A DNA stretch of 32,000 bases from Xanthomonas campestris pv. campestris str. ATCC 33913. Lineage in GTDB: Bacteria; Pseudomonadota; Gammaproteobacteria; Xanthomonadales; Xanthomonadaceae. The notes under the pieces were generated by a model that had not been told where the DNA came from, did no database searches, and saw only the letters and a program-made list of their open reading frames with translations. Below, piece by piece: positions 9,329-18,373 of this stretch (its first letter is position 1; every line of letters begins with the position of its first letter). The stretch covers positions 4,466,497-4,498,496 of the forward strand of contig NC_003902.1 in assembly GCF_000007145.1 (NCBI RefSeq). Direction: 5' to 3'. Position numbers and translations under genes: made by a program.

Positions 9329-9468
9329 ACCGGTTTCTCCAACCCTCACATGGGTTTACGTCGGATTTATCACTTCGGTCACAGAAAGCTGCCGCAACTG
9401 AACAGGCCGCTCCGGGCTGCGCGGTGTGCTCCGCTGCCGGCACTGGACAGGGTCGTTAGACTGGTTGG

Positions 9469-11691
9469 ATGTCCGCTCCAGTCACCACCTTGCGCGTCGC
9501 CCTGCCAGTGCCGCTGCCGCAATTGTTCGATTACCTGCCCCTCCAAGACACCGACGTGGACGGTCCGGACCGGGTCGGCTGCCGGGTGCGCGTGCCGTTT
9601 GGGCCGCGCGAGCTGATCGGGGTGGTCGTCGAGCGCGGCCAGCAGCCGTCGGCCGAAGGGCTGCGCGCGGCGCTGGACTGGTGCGACGACACACCGCTGC
9701 TGATCGATGAGCTGGCCCGTTCGCTGCAGTGGCTTGCCCGGTACACCCATGCCCCGCTGGGCGAGGCCCAGGCCAGCGCGCTGCCCGGCCCGCTGCGCCG
9801 GGGCGAACCATTGGCCGACACCCATGCCTGGGCCTGGCAACTCACCGAGGCCGGCCACACCGGTGCCGGCAGCCTGCGCGCCGGTAGCCGCCCGGCCCTG
9901 CTGGCCGCGCTGCTGCTGGCCGGCCCGCTCGCCGAAGAGCCGCTGGAGCAGCAGCTGCCGCAGTGGCGCGAGGCTGCCCGCAACCTGGCCAAGCGTGGCT
10001 ACGCCGAGCGCGTGGCGGTGGCCGCCGACACGCTGCCGGCGCGCCCGGGCACCGGGCCGCAGCTCAACGACGAACAGCAGGCGGCCACCGACGCCATCCG
10101 CGCCGGCAGCGGCTTTGCCACCTATCTGCTCGACGGCGTCACCGGCAGCGGCAAGACCGAGGTCTACCTGCAGGCGATCGCCGATTGCCTGGCCGCCGGC
10201 AAGCAGGCGCTGGTGCTGGTGCCGGAAATCGGCCTGACCCCGCAGACGCTGGGCCGCTTCCGCGAGCGCCTGGGCGTGCCGGTGCATGCGCTGCATTCCG
10301 GGCTCTCCGATGGCGAGCGCGCGCGGGTGTGGGCCGCGGCCTGGCGTGGCGAAGCCAAGCTGATCGTCGGCACGCGCTCGGCGGTGTTCACGCCGCTGCC
10401 CAACGCCGGCCTGATCGTGATCGACGAGGAACACGACGGCAGCTACAAGCAACAGGACGGCATCCGCTACCACGCACGCGACTTCGCCCTGGTGCGTGGC
10501 AAGGCGCTGGATGTGCCGGTGATCCTGGGCAGCGCAACGCCGTCGCTGGAAAGCCTGCACAACGCCTACAGCGGCCGCTATCGGCATCTACGGCTGTCGC
10601 GCCGCGCCGGCGATGCGCGGCCGCCACGTGTGCGCGTGCTCGACGTGCGCAAGCGCCCGCTCAAGGACGGCCTGTCGCCGGAGGTGCTGGCCGGCATCGG
10701 CGCCACCCTGGCGCGCGGGGAACAGGTGCTGGTGTTCAAGAACCGGCGCGGCTATGCGCCGGTGCTGCTGTGCCATGACTGTGGCTGGACCGCCGCCTGC
10801 CAACGCTGCAGCACGCCGCTGCACCAGACCCCGATGACCGTGCACGCCGGCGGCCGCCGCCTGCAATGCCATCACTGCGGTGCGCGCCAACCGGCGCCGC
10901 TGGCCTGCCCGGCCTGCGCCAGCCTGGCGTTGCAGCCGCAGGGCATCGGCACCGAGCGGCTGGAGGAGCGCCTGGTCGAGGCCTTCCCGGAAGCGCCGGT
11001 GGTGCGCATCGACCGCAGCACCACCCAGCGCCGCGACGCGCTGGAAACCCAGCTCGCCCGCCTCGGCACCGACGCCGGCATCCTGGTCGGCACCCAGATC
11101 CTGGCCAAGGGCCACGACTTGCCCCGCCTGACCATGGTGGTGGTGGTCGGCATCGACGAAGGCCTGTTCTCCGCCGACTTCCGCGCCGCCGAGAAGCTGG
11201 CCCAGCAACTGATCCAGGTCGCCGGCCGCGCCGGCCGCGCCGACCGCCCCGGCGAGGTGTGGTTACAGACCCATCACCCCGAGCATCCGTTGCTGCAGAC
11301 CCTGGTCAACGGCGGTTATCACGCGTTTGCCGATGCCGAACTGCAGCAGCGCGAAGCGGCCGGCTTCCCGCCCTTCGCGCATCTGGCCTTGTTCCGTGCC
11401 GAGGCCAAGGATGTGGCCGCGGCCAATCAGTTCCTGATCGCCGTGCGCGCGCTGGTCGGCGCGCAGACACCAGCCCCCTCGCCGGCCATCACGCCGGTGG
11501 AATGCTACGGGCCGATGCCGGCGCCGATGCCACGCCGCGCCGGTTTCCAGCGCACCCAACTCCTGCTGTCGGCAGCGCAACGCTCTGCGCTGCATCGAGT
11601 GCTGGACGCGCAGATGCCGGCCATCCATACCTTGCCGCAAGCGCGCCGGGTGCGCTGGTCGCTGGATGTGGACCCGATCGATCTGTATTGA
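9469..11691 (+). CDS. priA: Primosomal replication-restart helicase PriA
   Basis: ORF track 740 aa. It has Walker A GVTGSGKTEVY and a DEEH box (VIDEEHD). A Cys-rich zinc region is present (CHDCGW..CQRC..CHHCG..CPAC). The length is typical. Confidence 0.95.
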   Translation: MSAPVTTLRVALPVPLPQLFDYLPLQDTDVDGPDRVGCRVRVPFGPRELIGVVVERGQQPSAEGLRAALDWCDDTPLLIDELARSLQWLARYTHAPLGEAQASALPGPLRRGEPLADTHAWAWQLTEAGHTGAGSLRAGSRPALLAALLLAGPLAEEPLEQQLPQWREAARNLAKRGYAERVAVAADTLPARPGTGPQLNDEQQAATDAIRAGSGFATYLLDGVTGSGKTEVYLQAIADCLAAGKQALVLVPEIGLTPQTLGRFRERLGVPVHALHSGLSDGERARVWAAAWRGEAKLIVGTRSAVFTPLPNAGLIVIDEEHDGSYKQQDGIRYHARDFALVRGKALDVPVILGSATPSLESLHNAYSGRYRHLRLSRRAGDARPPRVRVLDVRKRPLKDGLSPEVLAGIGATLARGEQVLVFKNRRGYAPVLLCHDCGWTAACQRCSTPLHQTPMTVHAGGRRLQCHHCGARQPAPLACPACASLALQPQGIGTERLEERLVEAFPEAPVVRIDRSTTQRRDALETQLARLGTDAGILVGTQILAKGHDLPRLTMVVVVGIDEGLFSADFRAAEKLAQQLIQVAGRAGRADRPGEVWLQTHHPEHPLLQTLVNGGYHAFADAELQQREAAGFPPFAHLALFRAEAKDVAAANQFLIAVRALVGAQTPAPSPAITPVECYGPMPAPMPRRAGFQRTQLLLSAAQRSALHRVLDAQMPAIHTLPQARRVRWSLDVDPIDLY

Positions 11692-11732
11692 GGCAGGTGT
11701 CGAGGCGCCTGACTGCAAACGAACGCGCGCTT

Positions 11733-11802
11733 GGTAGGAGCGCGCTGGCGCGCGATGAAGCGTTCCTAGTAATGCCCGATCGCGCGCCAGCACGCTCCTA
11801 CC
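11733..11802. repeat. GTAG-type REP doublet (REPIN-like long hairpin), copy 1
   Basis: GGTAGGAGCGCGCTGGCGCGCGAT ... ATCGCGCGCCAGCACGCTCCTACC are inverted arms around a ~22-nt spacer. Confidence 0.75.
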
Positions 11803-11917
11803 AAAGCTGCTGCTACACCGTGTACCCCATGTGTCGCAGCATCCAGTGCGTTGCAAGGGCATTGGTCGTTTATTACGTCCGTTGTCGAGACGCCTGCCCT
11901 CAAAAAGAAACACGCCC

Positions 11918-11987
11918 GGTAGGAGCGCGCTCGCGCGCGATGGAGCGTTCCCGGTCATGCCACATCGCGCGCAAGCGCGCTCCTACC
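11918..11987. repeat. GTAG-type REP doublet, copy 2
   Basis: GGTAGGAGCGCGCTCGCGCGCGAT ... ATCGCGCGCAAGCGCGCTCCTACC. The architecture matches copy 1. Confidence 0.75.
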
Positions 11988-12038
11988 AAAGCTTCTGCCA
12001 CGCCGTTTCCCGTGTGTCGCAGCATCCGCGCGTTACAG

Positions 12039-12084
12039 GTGCGGTGGTCGCTGGATGTGGACCCGATCGATTCGTACTGAGGCA
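12039..12084 (+). repeat. Near-exact duplicate of the last ~46 bp of priA, including its stop codon
   Basis: 12039-12084 (gtgcggtggtcgctggatgtggacccgatcgattcgtactgaggca) matches 11650-11695 (gtgcgctggtcgctggatgtggacccgatcgatctgtattgaggca). It would encode VRWSLDVDPIDSY* versus priA VRWSLDVDPIDLY*. Confidence 0.85.
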
Positions 12085-12121
12085 AGGGTCGATGCGGCTA
12101 ACCCGAGACAGACACATGCTC

Positions 12122-12191
12122 GGTAGGAGCGAGCTGGCGCGCGATGAAGCGTTCCCAGTCATGCCCCATCGCGCGCCAGCACGCTCCTACC
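12122..12191. repeat. GTAG-type REP doublet, copy 3
   Basis: GGTAGGAGCGAGCTGGCGCGCGAT ... ATCGCGCGCCAGCACGCTCCTACC. Confidence 0.75.
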
Positions 12192-12306
12192 AACGCGGGC
12201 GCTAGACGTATCCCAATGTGCCGCAACATTCGGCTCGTAACGACGCATCTACCGATGTCGGCACCCCGCACCTTCAACGGCCCGGGATCGGCACGCTTGC
12301 TAGCTC

Positions 12307-12969
12307 TCAAGTCAGCGGCGTCATCACGCCACGCTGGTAAGCCGGCCGCGCACGCAATCGCTGGTACCAGGCGTGCAGATGCGGCAACTCGGGGCGTTCG
12401 ATTGGCATCTCGAACCACGCGTAGATAAAGCTGCCCAACGGAATGTCACCCATCGCGAAGTCGTCGCCGGAGAGATACGGCTGCTGTGCCAGCGCAGCGT
12501 CGGCAACTGCGAGCAGCTCGCCGGAGCGTTGAAGCGCTGTGGCAATCCGTGTGGCATCCCGTTCGGCCTGCGGGGTACGCACCACGCCCCAGAACAGGTC
12601 ACGAAACACGCCGGCAAAGGTCGACGTGGTCCAGTCCATCCAGCGGTCGCCCAGCGCGCGGGTGGCCGGTGAGTGCGGGTACAACGCCGGTGCATGACGC
12701 GCCGCCAGATAGCGCACGATCGCGTTGGATTCCCACAGCACCAGCGCACCATCCTGCAGCGCCGGCACCAGCCCGTTCGGATTCAATGCGCGGTACGCAG
12801 GTGTGTCGTTTCCGCCGAACGCGCCGCCCACCTCGATCGAGGTATACGCCACACCCGCCTCTTCAAGGCACCACAGCACCTTGCGGACGTTGCTGGAGTT
12901 GCGCCGCCCCCACAACGTGATGCCATCGCCCGCTGGCGTGTGTGCAATCGCCATGCGCTCGTCGGTCAT
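12307..12969 (-). CDS. Glutathione S-transferase (GstB-like)
   Basis: This is the inner part of ORF 12307..13395. ITLWGRRNSSNVRKVLWCLEE...LNPNGLVPAL...LWESNAIVRYLA closely resembles E. coli GstB. ATG 12969 overlaps the upstream stop as ATGA. An alternative start is ATG 12954. Confidence 0.85.
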   Translation of the reverse strand: MTDERMAIAHTPAGDGITLWGRRNSSNVRKVLWCLEEAGVAYTSIEVGGAFGGNDTPAYRALNPNGLVPALQDGALVLWESNAIVRYLAARHAPALYPHSPATRALGDRWMDWTTSTFAGVFRDLFWGVVRTPQAERDATRIATALQRSGELLAVADAALAQQPYLSGDDFAMGDIPLGSFIYAWFEMPIERPELPHLHAWYQRLRARPAYQRGVMTPLT

Positions 12970-13799
12970 TTTTCCACCGCCGGCTTCGGCGCGCTGCGTG
13001 CACCACGCGTCCCGCGTGTGGCCGCGGCCGGCGCCGGGGCCGGGGCCGCAGCAGCAGGGGGTTGTTTGGGGCGATTGCCCTTGGGCACATCGCGCACCCA
13101 CAACGCCTGTTCGTCCTGCTTGATCTCGAACAGACCGATGGCGCACACCAGATCGCTGAGCTTGCGGTAGCCGTAGTTGCGCGGATCGAAAGAGGCCTGA
13201 TTGGCCACCTGCTTGCCGACGGCCCCCAGATGCGCCCAACCGTCGTCTTCGCAGGCACTGTCGATCGCGTTGCGCAGCATCTGCACCAGCCGTGTATCGC
13301 CGCGCAGCGCGGTGGCATCCTTGCGGCCTGCGGCGGTGTCGCTGGCCGCGGCAGCCTGCTCGCCGAGTGCTTCGACATAGGTGAATTTGGAACACGCATT
13401 GACGAACGGCGCCGGCGTTTTCTTCTCGCCAAAGCCATACACTTTCATGCCGTCGGTGAGCAGGCGCATCACCAGCGGGGTGAAATCCGCATCGCTGGAA
13501 ACAATCGCAAACCCGTCCAGGTTGCGCGCGTACAGCAGGTCCATGGCATCGATCACCATCGCCATGTCCGAGGCATTCTTGCCGGAGCTGTAGGCAAATT
13601 GCTGGATCGGGCGGATCGCGTATTCGTGCAATGCCGCCTCCCAGCTTTTCAAGTGCGGGCTTTTCCAGTTGCCATATGCGCGGCGCACATTGGCCACGCC
13701 GTAGCGCGCCACTTCCGCCAGCACCACATCGATCTTGCCGGCCGGCGCGTTGTCGGCATCGATCAGCAGTGCGATGCGTTTATCGGGGTTGTCGACCAT
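12966..13799 (-). CDS. NYN (LabA-like PIN-fold nuclease) domain protein with C-terminal OST-HTH/LOTUS domain
   Basis: ORF track 277 aa. The N-terminal RIALLIDADNA...AIVSSDADF pattern is typical of NYN. A GWAHLGAVGKQV...FDPRNYGYRKLSDLV pattern is typical of OST-HTH. It ends in a Pro/Ala-rich basic tail. Confidence 0.8.
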   Translation of the reverse strand: MVDNPDKRIALLIDADNAPAGKIDVVLAEVARYGVANVRRAYGNWKSPHLKSWEAALHEYAIRPIQQFAYSSGKNASDMAMVIDAMDLLYARNLDGFAIVSSDADFTPLVMRLLTDGMKVYGFGEKKTPAPFVNACSKFTYVEALGEQAAAASDTAAGRKDATALRGDTRLVQMLRNAIDSACEDDGWAHLGAVGKQVANQASFDPRNYGYRKLSDLVCAIGLFEIKQDEQALWVRDVPKGNRPKQPPAAAAPAPAPAAATRGTRGARSAPKPAVEK

Positions 13800-14302
13800 G
13801 TCTGCTCCTCGAAAGACTCGGCGGATTCGATTTCGGTCTCGCTGTCGCTGTCGGACGCCTGCTCCGCCGGCAGCGTGTACTCGCGACCATCGTGCATGGT
13901 CAGCACGCCCTCGGTCAGGATCTCGCGCTCGGCACCGTCACTGACCCAGGTAGCACTGACCTTGCCACGCCCGCGGTCGCCGGTGACGGAGAACACGAAT
14001 TCGTCGCCACCCGGTGCCGCACCAGTAGCAAGCACATCGACCTTCATCGTGTCGATTTTCCCGATGTGCTGCTGCACCACCGCGTCGGCCTGCAGCGCGG
14101 CCTGGGCCTGCTCGGAAAAGATCGACCACCCGGCGACCGCGATCCAGGCGATCACGCCCAGCACCACCACACCGAACGTCATCACACCGCCCAGCACGAT
14201 CAGCAACGCAACGGTCGCGGGGCTGCGCTGAGAAACGCGCGCAGGCGCAACGGCGGCAGGTGGTGATGCGAGCGGCGGCAACGGCGGCGGCAAGGTGGAC
14301 AT
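13763..14302 (-). CDS. Single-pass membrane protein (possibly Coa1-like fold), acidic C-terminus
   Basis: This is the inner part of ORF 13763..14494. The start is ATG 14302 (MSTLPPPLPPL). It has a Pro-rich N-terminus, a TM helix (VALLIVLGGVMTFGVVVLGVIAWIAVAGW) and a small soluble domain. The 3-prime end overlaps the NYN gene by 37 nt in another frame. The family call is tentative. Confidence 0.5.
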   Translation of the reverse strand: MSTLPPPLPPLASPPAAVAPARVSQRSPATVALLIVLGGVMTFGVVVLGVIAWIAVAGWSIFSEQAQAALQADAVVQQHIGKIDTMKVDVLATGAAPGGDEFVFSVTGDRGRGKVSATWVSDGAEREILTEGVLTMHDGREYTLPAEQASDSDSETEIESAESFEEQTWSTTPINASHC

Positions 14303-14421
14303 ACGGTGACCAGGTGAGCGAGATGCGACATGATGCCGCAGGCGGGCCCTGCCCGACGCGCCACATTCATTGCCGCTGTTGCATCCTTGCGTGCCCACGT
14401 TGCGATCCATCGGACCTGACG

Positions 14422-15708
14422 ATGACCTCATCCCCCTCCCGAGCGCCGCTGCATCTGGTCGTGGTCGGTGGCGGTTTTGCCGGTTTATGGGCAACCCGCG
14501 CGCTCGCCGATCCGGACATCCGCATCACCCTGATCGACCGCCAGAATCACCACCTGTTCCAGCCGCTGCTGTACCAGGTGGCCACCGCCGGCCTCTCGGC
14601 GCCTGACATCGCCGCGCCGCTGCGCCACATCCTGCGCGAGCAGCGCAATGTCGAAGTGCTGCTTGGCGATGTGGCCGAAATTGCCACCGACCGCCGCGCC
14701 GTGGTGCTCGCCGACGGCAACACCGTCAACTACGACATGCTGCTGTTGGCCACCGGCGCCACCCACGCGTATTTCGGCAACGATCACTGGGCCGAGCACG
14801 CCCCCGGTTTGAAGACCCTGTATGACGCGCTGGTGCTACGCCGCAAATTGCTGCTCGCCTTCGAGCGCGCAGAAGCCGAATCCGACCCGGCCGCGCGCGC
14901 GGCCTGGTTGAGTTTTGCGGTGGTTGGCGGCGGCCCGACCGGGGTCGAGTTGGCCGGCACGTTGGCCGAAATCGCCCGCCACACGCTGAAGAACGAGTTC
15001 CGCCATATCGACCCGCAGCAGGCCCGCGTGCGCCTGGTCGAGGCCGGGCCGCGCGTGCTGCCTTCCTTCCCGGACGACCTCACCGATAAGGCGCGCAAGC
15101 AGCTCGAACGCCTGGGCGTGGAGGTGCACACCGGCACGCCGGTGACCAACATCGATGCGTTCGGCTATCAGTTGGGCGACACTTTCGTGCCGGCGCGCAC
15201 CGTGGTCTGGGCCGCTGGCGTGGCCGCCTCGCCGTTGGCGCGCACCCTGGGCGTGCCGCTGGACCGCGCCGGCCGCGTGCTGGTGGAACCGGACCTCAGC
15301 GTGCCCGGCCACCCGGAGATCTTCGTCGGTGGTGATCTGGCCTCGGTACAACAGGACGGGCGGCCCGTACCCGGCGTGGCCCCGGCGGCCAAACAGATGG
15401 GCAAGCACATCGCCAAGGCGATCCGCGCACGCCAGCGCGGCCAGGCCGCGCCGGCCTTCCATTACCAGGACTTCGGCAACCTGGCCACGATCGGGCGCAT
15501 GGCCGCCATCGTGCATGTCGGCAAGCTCAAGCTCTCCGGCATCGTGGCCTGGTGGTTCTGGCTGGCCGCCCACGTCTACTTCCTGATCGGCTTCCGCAAC
15601 CGTTTCGTGGTGCTGGTGAACTGGGCCATGGCGTACTGGAGCTACCAGCGCGCCGCACGCATCATCTTTGGCGGCACTGACCAGCCACCGCCCAGCAAGG
15701 ACGGATGA
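14422..15708 (+). CDS. ndh: Type II NADH dehydrogenase (NDH-2)
   Basis: This is the inner part of ORF 14260..15708. The start is ATG 14422 (MTSSPSRAPLHLVVVGGGFAG). A second dinucleotide motif is VVGGGPTGVE. The C-terminal membrane-anchoring segment is typical of NDH-2. Confidence 0.9.
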   Translation: MTSSPSRAPLHLVVVGGGFAGLWATRALADPDIRITLIDRQNHHLFQPLLYQVATAGLSAPDIAAPLRHILREQRNVEVLLGDVAEIATDRRAVVLADGNTVNYDMLLLATGATHAYFGNDHWAEHAPGLKTLYDALVLRRKLLLAFERAEAESDPAARAAWLSFAVVGGGPTGVELAGTLAEIARHTLKNEFRHIDPQQARVRLVEAGPRVLPSFPDDLTDKARKQLERLGVEVHTGTPVTNIDAFGYQLGDTFVPARTVVWAAGVAASPLARTLGVPLDRAGRVLVEPDLSVPGHPEIFVGGDLASVQQDGRPVPGVAPAAKQMGKHIAKAIRARQRGQAAPAFHYQDFGNLATIGRMAAIVHVGKLKLSGIVAWWFWLAAHVYFLIGFRNRFVVLVNWAMAYWSYQRAARIIFGGTDQPPPSKDG

Positions 15709-16375
15709 CAGCCGGCGGGCGGTGCGCGATGCTGTGCCGCCCGCTGTCGACCGTTGTGCCGTGGCCACTGTCTTGTTCCTGCTGGATCTGCTCGGCACCT
15801 TCGTGTTTGCGCTCAGTGGCGCCACCGTGGCGGTGCGCAACCGCCTGGACCTGTTTGGCGTGCTGGTGCTGTCCTGCGCAGCGGCGGTTTCCGGCGGCAT
15901 CGTGCGCGATGTGCTGATCGGTGCCACGCCGCCGGCAGCGCTGGTGCACCCGCACTATCTGATCACCGCCTGCCTGGCCGGTATCGCCGGCTTCTACTGG
16001 CACACCGCCGTGGAGCGCCTGCGCAATCCGGTGCAGCTGTTCGACGCGGCAGGGCTGGCGCTGTTTGCGGTCTACGGCACCAGCAAGGCGCTGGATTACC
16101 AGCTCAGCCCACTCAGTGCGACGCTGCTCGGCATGCTCAGCGGCATCGGCGGCGGCATCGCCCGCGACCTGCTGGTCGCGCGCACCCCGGTGGTACTGCA
16201 GGCCGAACTGTATGCGGTGGCGGCGCTGGCCGGCGGCGGCCTGGTGGCGATCGGCCATGTTCTCGGCCTGCCGCAATCCTGGTCGCTGACCGCCGGTGCC
16301 GGCGTGTGCTTTGGCCTGCGTTTCATGGCGATCCGCTACGGCTGGCATCTGCCGGTGGCACGGCTGCCAGAGTAG
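15668..16375 (+). CDS. UPF0126/TRIC-family membrane protein (YadS-like)
   Basis: ORF track 235 aa. It has two UPF0126 repeats with VSGGIVRDVL and IGGGIARDLL motifs. The 15668 start overlaps ndh by 41 nt. In-frame GTG 15722 is a plausible alternative start. Confidence 0.8.
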   Translation: MAALTSHRPARTDDSRRAVRDAVPPAVDRCAVATVLFLLDLLGTFVFALSGATVAVRNRLDLFGVLVLSCAAAVSGGIVRDVLIGATPPAALVHPHYLITACLAGIAGFYWHTAVERLRNPVQLFDAAGLALFAVYGTSKALDYQLSPLSATLLGMLSGIGGGIARDLLVARTPVVLQAELYAVAALAGGGLVAIGHVLGLPQSWSLTAGAGVCFGLRFMAIRYGWHLPVARLPE

Positions 16376-16517
16376 CGCTGCGCGCAACCGGCGTTGTTCC
16401 AACGTGACCTGACGATTCGTAACGGCTGTCGTTGCGGCCGTGCTGCGTGCATGGCGTTGCTGGGCCAACGAGACGTCAACACCCAACCGTATCGCCTGCC
16501 GTGCCACGCCCGCAACG

Positions 16518-16547
16518 CAAAACGGCCCGGAAGACCGGGCCGTTTTG
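16518..16547. terminator. Bidirectional intrinsic terminator between the TRIC-like gene and rpoH
   Basis: caaaacggcccgg-aaga-ccgggccgttttg forms a perfect stem. It is flanked by an A-run and a T-run, so it can work on either strand. Confidence 0.8.
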
Positions 16548-16571
16548 TATCACTGGCAATGTCACACCGGA

Positions 16572-17447
<876 letters not shown>

Positions 17448-17473
17448 AGGGCACCATCTTAGCAGTCGAACTA

Positions 17474-17501
17474 TTGGACTGCTGGGTACAGAAAAAGTTC
17501 C
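17474..17501 (-). promoter_or_regulatory. Sigma-E (RpoE)-type promoter candidate for rpoH
   Basis: The minus strand reads GGAACT-N16-GTCCAA, with GGAACT at 17501-17496 and GTCCAA at 17479-17474. This matches the GGAACTT/GTCnnA-type sigma-E pattern. The motif ends 26 nt upstream of the rpoH ATG. Confidence 0.5.
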
Positions 17502-17647
17502 AGCGTTCCATTTATAGGACGTTCGGGTTTCCGGCACCGGTGCTGTTCCAATCCGTGCCGCCTCGATTCAGGTGCCTACGCTACCACCGTCACCGCTCGC
17601 GGATCGTGACAAATCGCCTACTTGCCAGGCGCGATGGCCCAGCCCGT

Positions 17648-18373
17648 TCAGCCGCCGGCGAGGCTGAGATCCAGCGCCGCGCGCGACGGCAACGACCAGT
17701 CGATCGGGCTCAGTCCGCGCCGCTGCAAATGTTCGTTGGTCTTGGAGAAATGCTTGCAGCCCAGAAAGCCGCGGTGGGCCGACAACGGCGACGGATGCGG
17801 GGCCTTGAACACGCGGTGGCGCGCCTGATCGATCACTTTGCCCTTGGACTGCGCGTAGCTGCCCCAGAGCAGGAACACCAGGCCCTCGCGCTCGCGGTTG
17901 AGGGTTTCCACCACATGGTCGGTGAAGCCTTCCCAGCCCTTGTTCTGGTGCGCACCGGCGCGGCCCTGCTCCACCGTCAGCACCGCATTGAGCAGCAGCA
18001 CGCCCTGGCGCGCCCATGGCATCAGGTAGCCATGGTCGGGGCGCGGAATGCCCAGGTCGTCCTGGATTTCCTTGTAGATGTTCAGCAGCGACGGCGGCAC
18101 CGGCACCCCGGGCAGTACCGAAAAGCACAGCCCATGCGCCTGGCCTTCGCCGTGGTACGGGTCCTGGCCAAGCACCACCACCTTGACCTGCTCGAACGGG
18201 GTGGCATCGAAGGCGGCAAAGATCTGCGGGCCGGGCGGGAACACCCGCGCATTGGCGGCCTTGCGCTGGCGCAGGAACGCGGACAGCTCCTGCATCTGCG
18301 GCTGCAACAACCACTCCCCCACCCGCGCCTTCCATGACGGTTCCAACTGGATACGCCCCTCGCCTTCGGTCAT
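17648..18373 (-). CDS. ung: Uracil-DNA glycosylase
   Basis: This is the inner part of ORF 17648..19399. The start is ATG 18373 ([14 protein letters not shown]). It has GQDPYHG and HPSPLS motifs. The ATGA overlaps the stop of the upstream response-regulator gene. Confidence 0.95.
   Translation of the reverse strand: MTEGEGRIQLEPSWKARVGEWLLQPQMQELSAFLRQRKAANARVFPPGPQIFAAFDATPFEQVKVVVLGQDPYHGEGQAHGLCFSVLPGVPVPPSLLNIYKEIQDDLGIPRPDHGYLMPWARQGVLLLNAVLTVEQGRAGAHQNKGWEGFTDHVVETLNREREGLVFLLWGSYAQSKGKVIDQARHRVFKAPHPSPLSAHRGFLGCKHFSKTNEHLQRRGLSPIDWSLPSRAALDLSLAGG

Larger units (their letters stand above)
11650..12250. repeat. Three tandem units (~180-210 bp each) beginning inside the priA 3-prime end
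   Basis: Approximate units are 11650-11857, 11858-12038 and 12039-12250. Each has a gtcgaGGCGCC-like block, a ~70-bp REP doublet, and a tgtgtcgcagcatcc-like block. Alignment was done by eye and unit edges are approximate. Confidence 0.7.

Noticed and set aside
9170-9370. AT-richer region with DnaA boxes considered as a replication origin
   Set aside because: It holds only three or four boxes. I saw no AT-rich 13-mer-type unwinding element and no dnaA/dnaN/gidA context. A regulatory or titration site is more plausible.
10866-12080. 404-aa plus-strand ORF ending in QVRWSLDVDPIDSY
   Set aside because: It is out of frame inside priA and then reads through the REP repeats. It ends with the priA-like peptide only because the priA 3-prime end is duplicated. 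It is a by-product of the repeat, not a gene.
11733-12191. Three evenly spaced ~70-bp repeats considered as a CRISPR array
   Set aside because: The repeats are long internal palindromes (REP doublets). The spacers between them are homologous to each other, and no cas genes or leader are present.
11831-12205. 124-aa ORF with an internally repeated peptide (GRSALARDGAFPVMPHRAQARSYQ / GRSELARDEAFPVMPHRAPARSYQ)
   Set aside because: The repeated peptide is the translation of successive REP doublets. There is no start context or coding signal.
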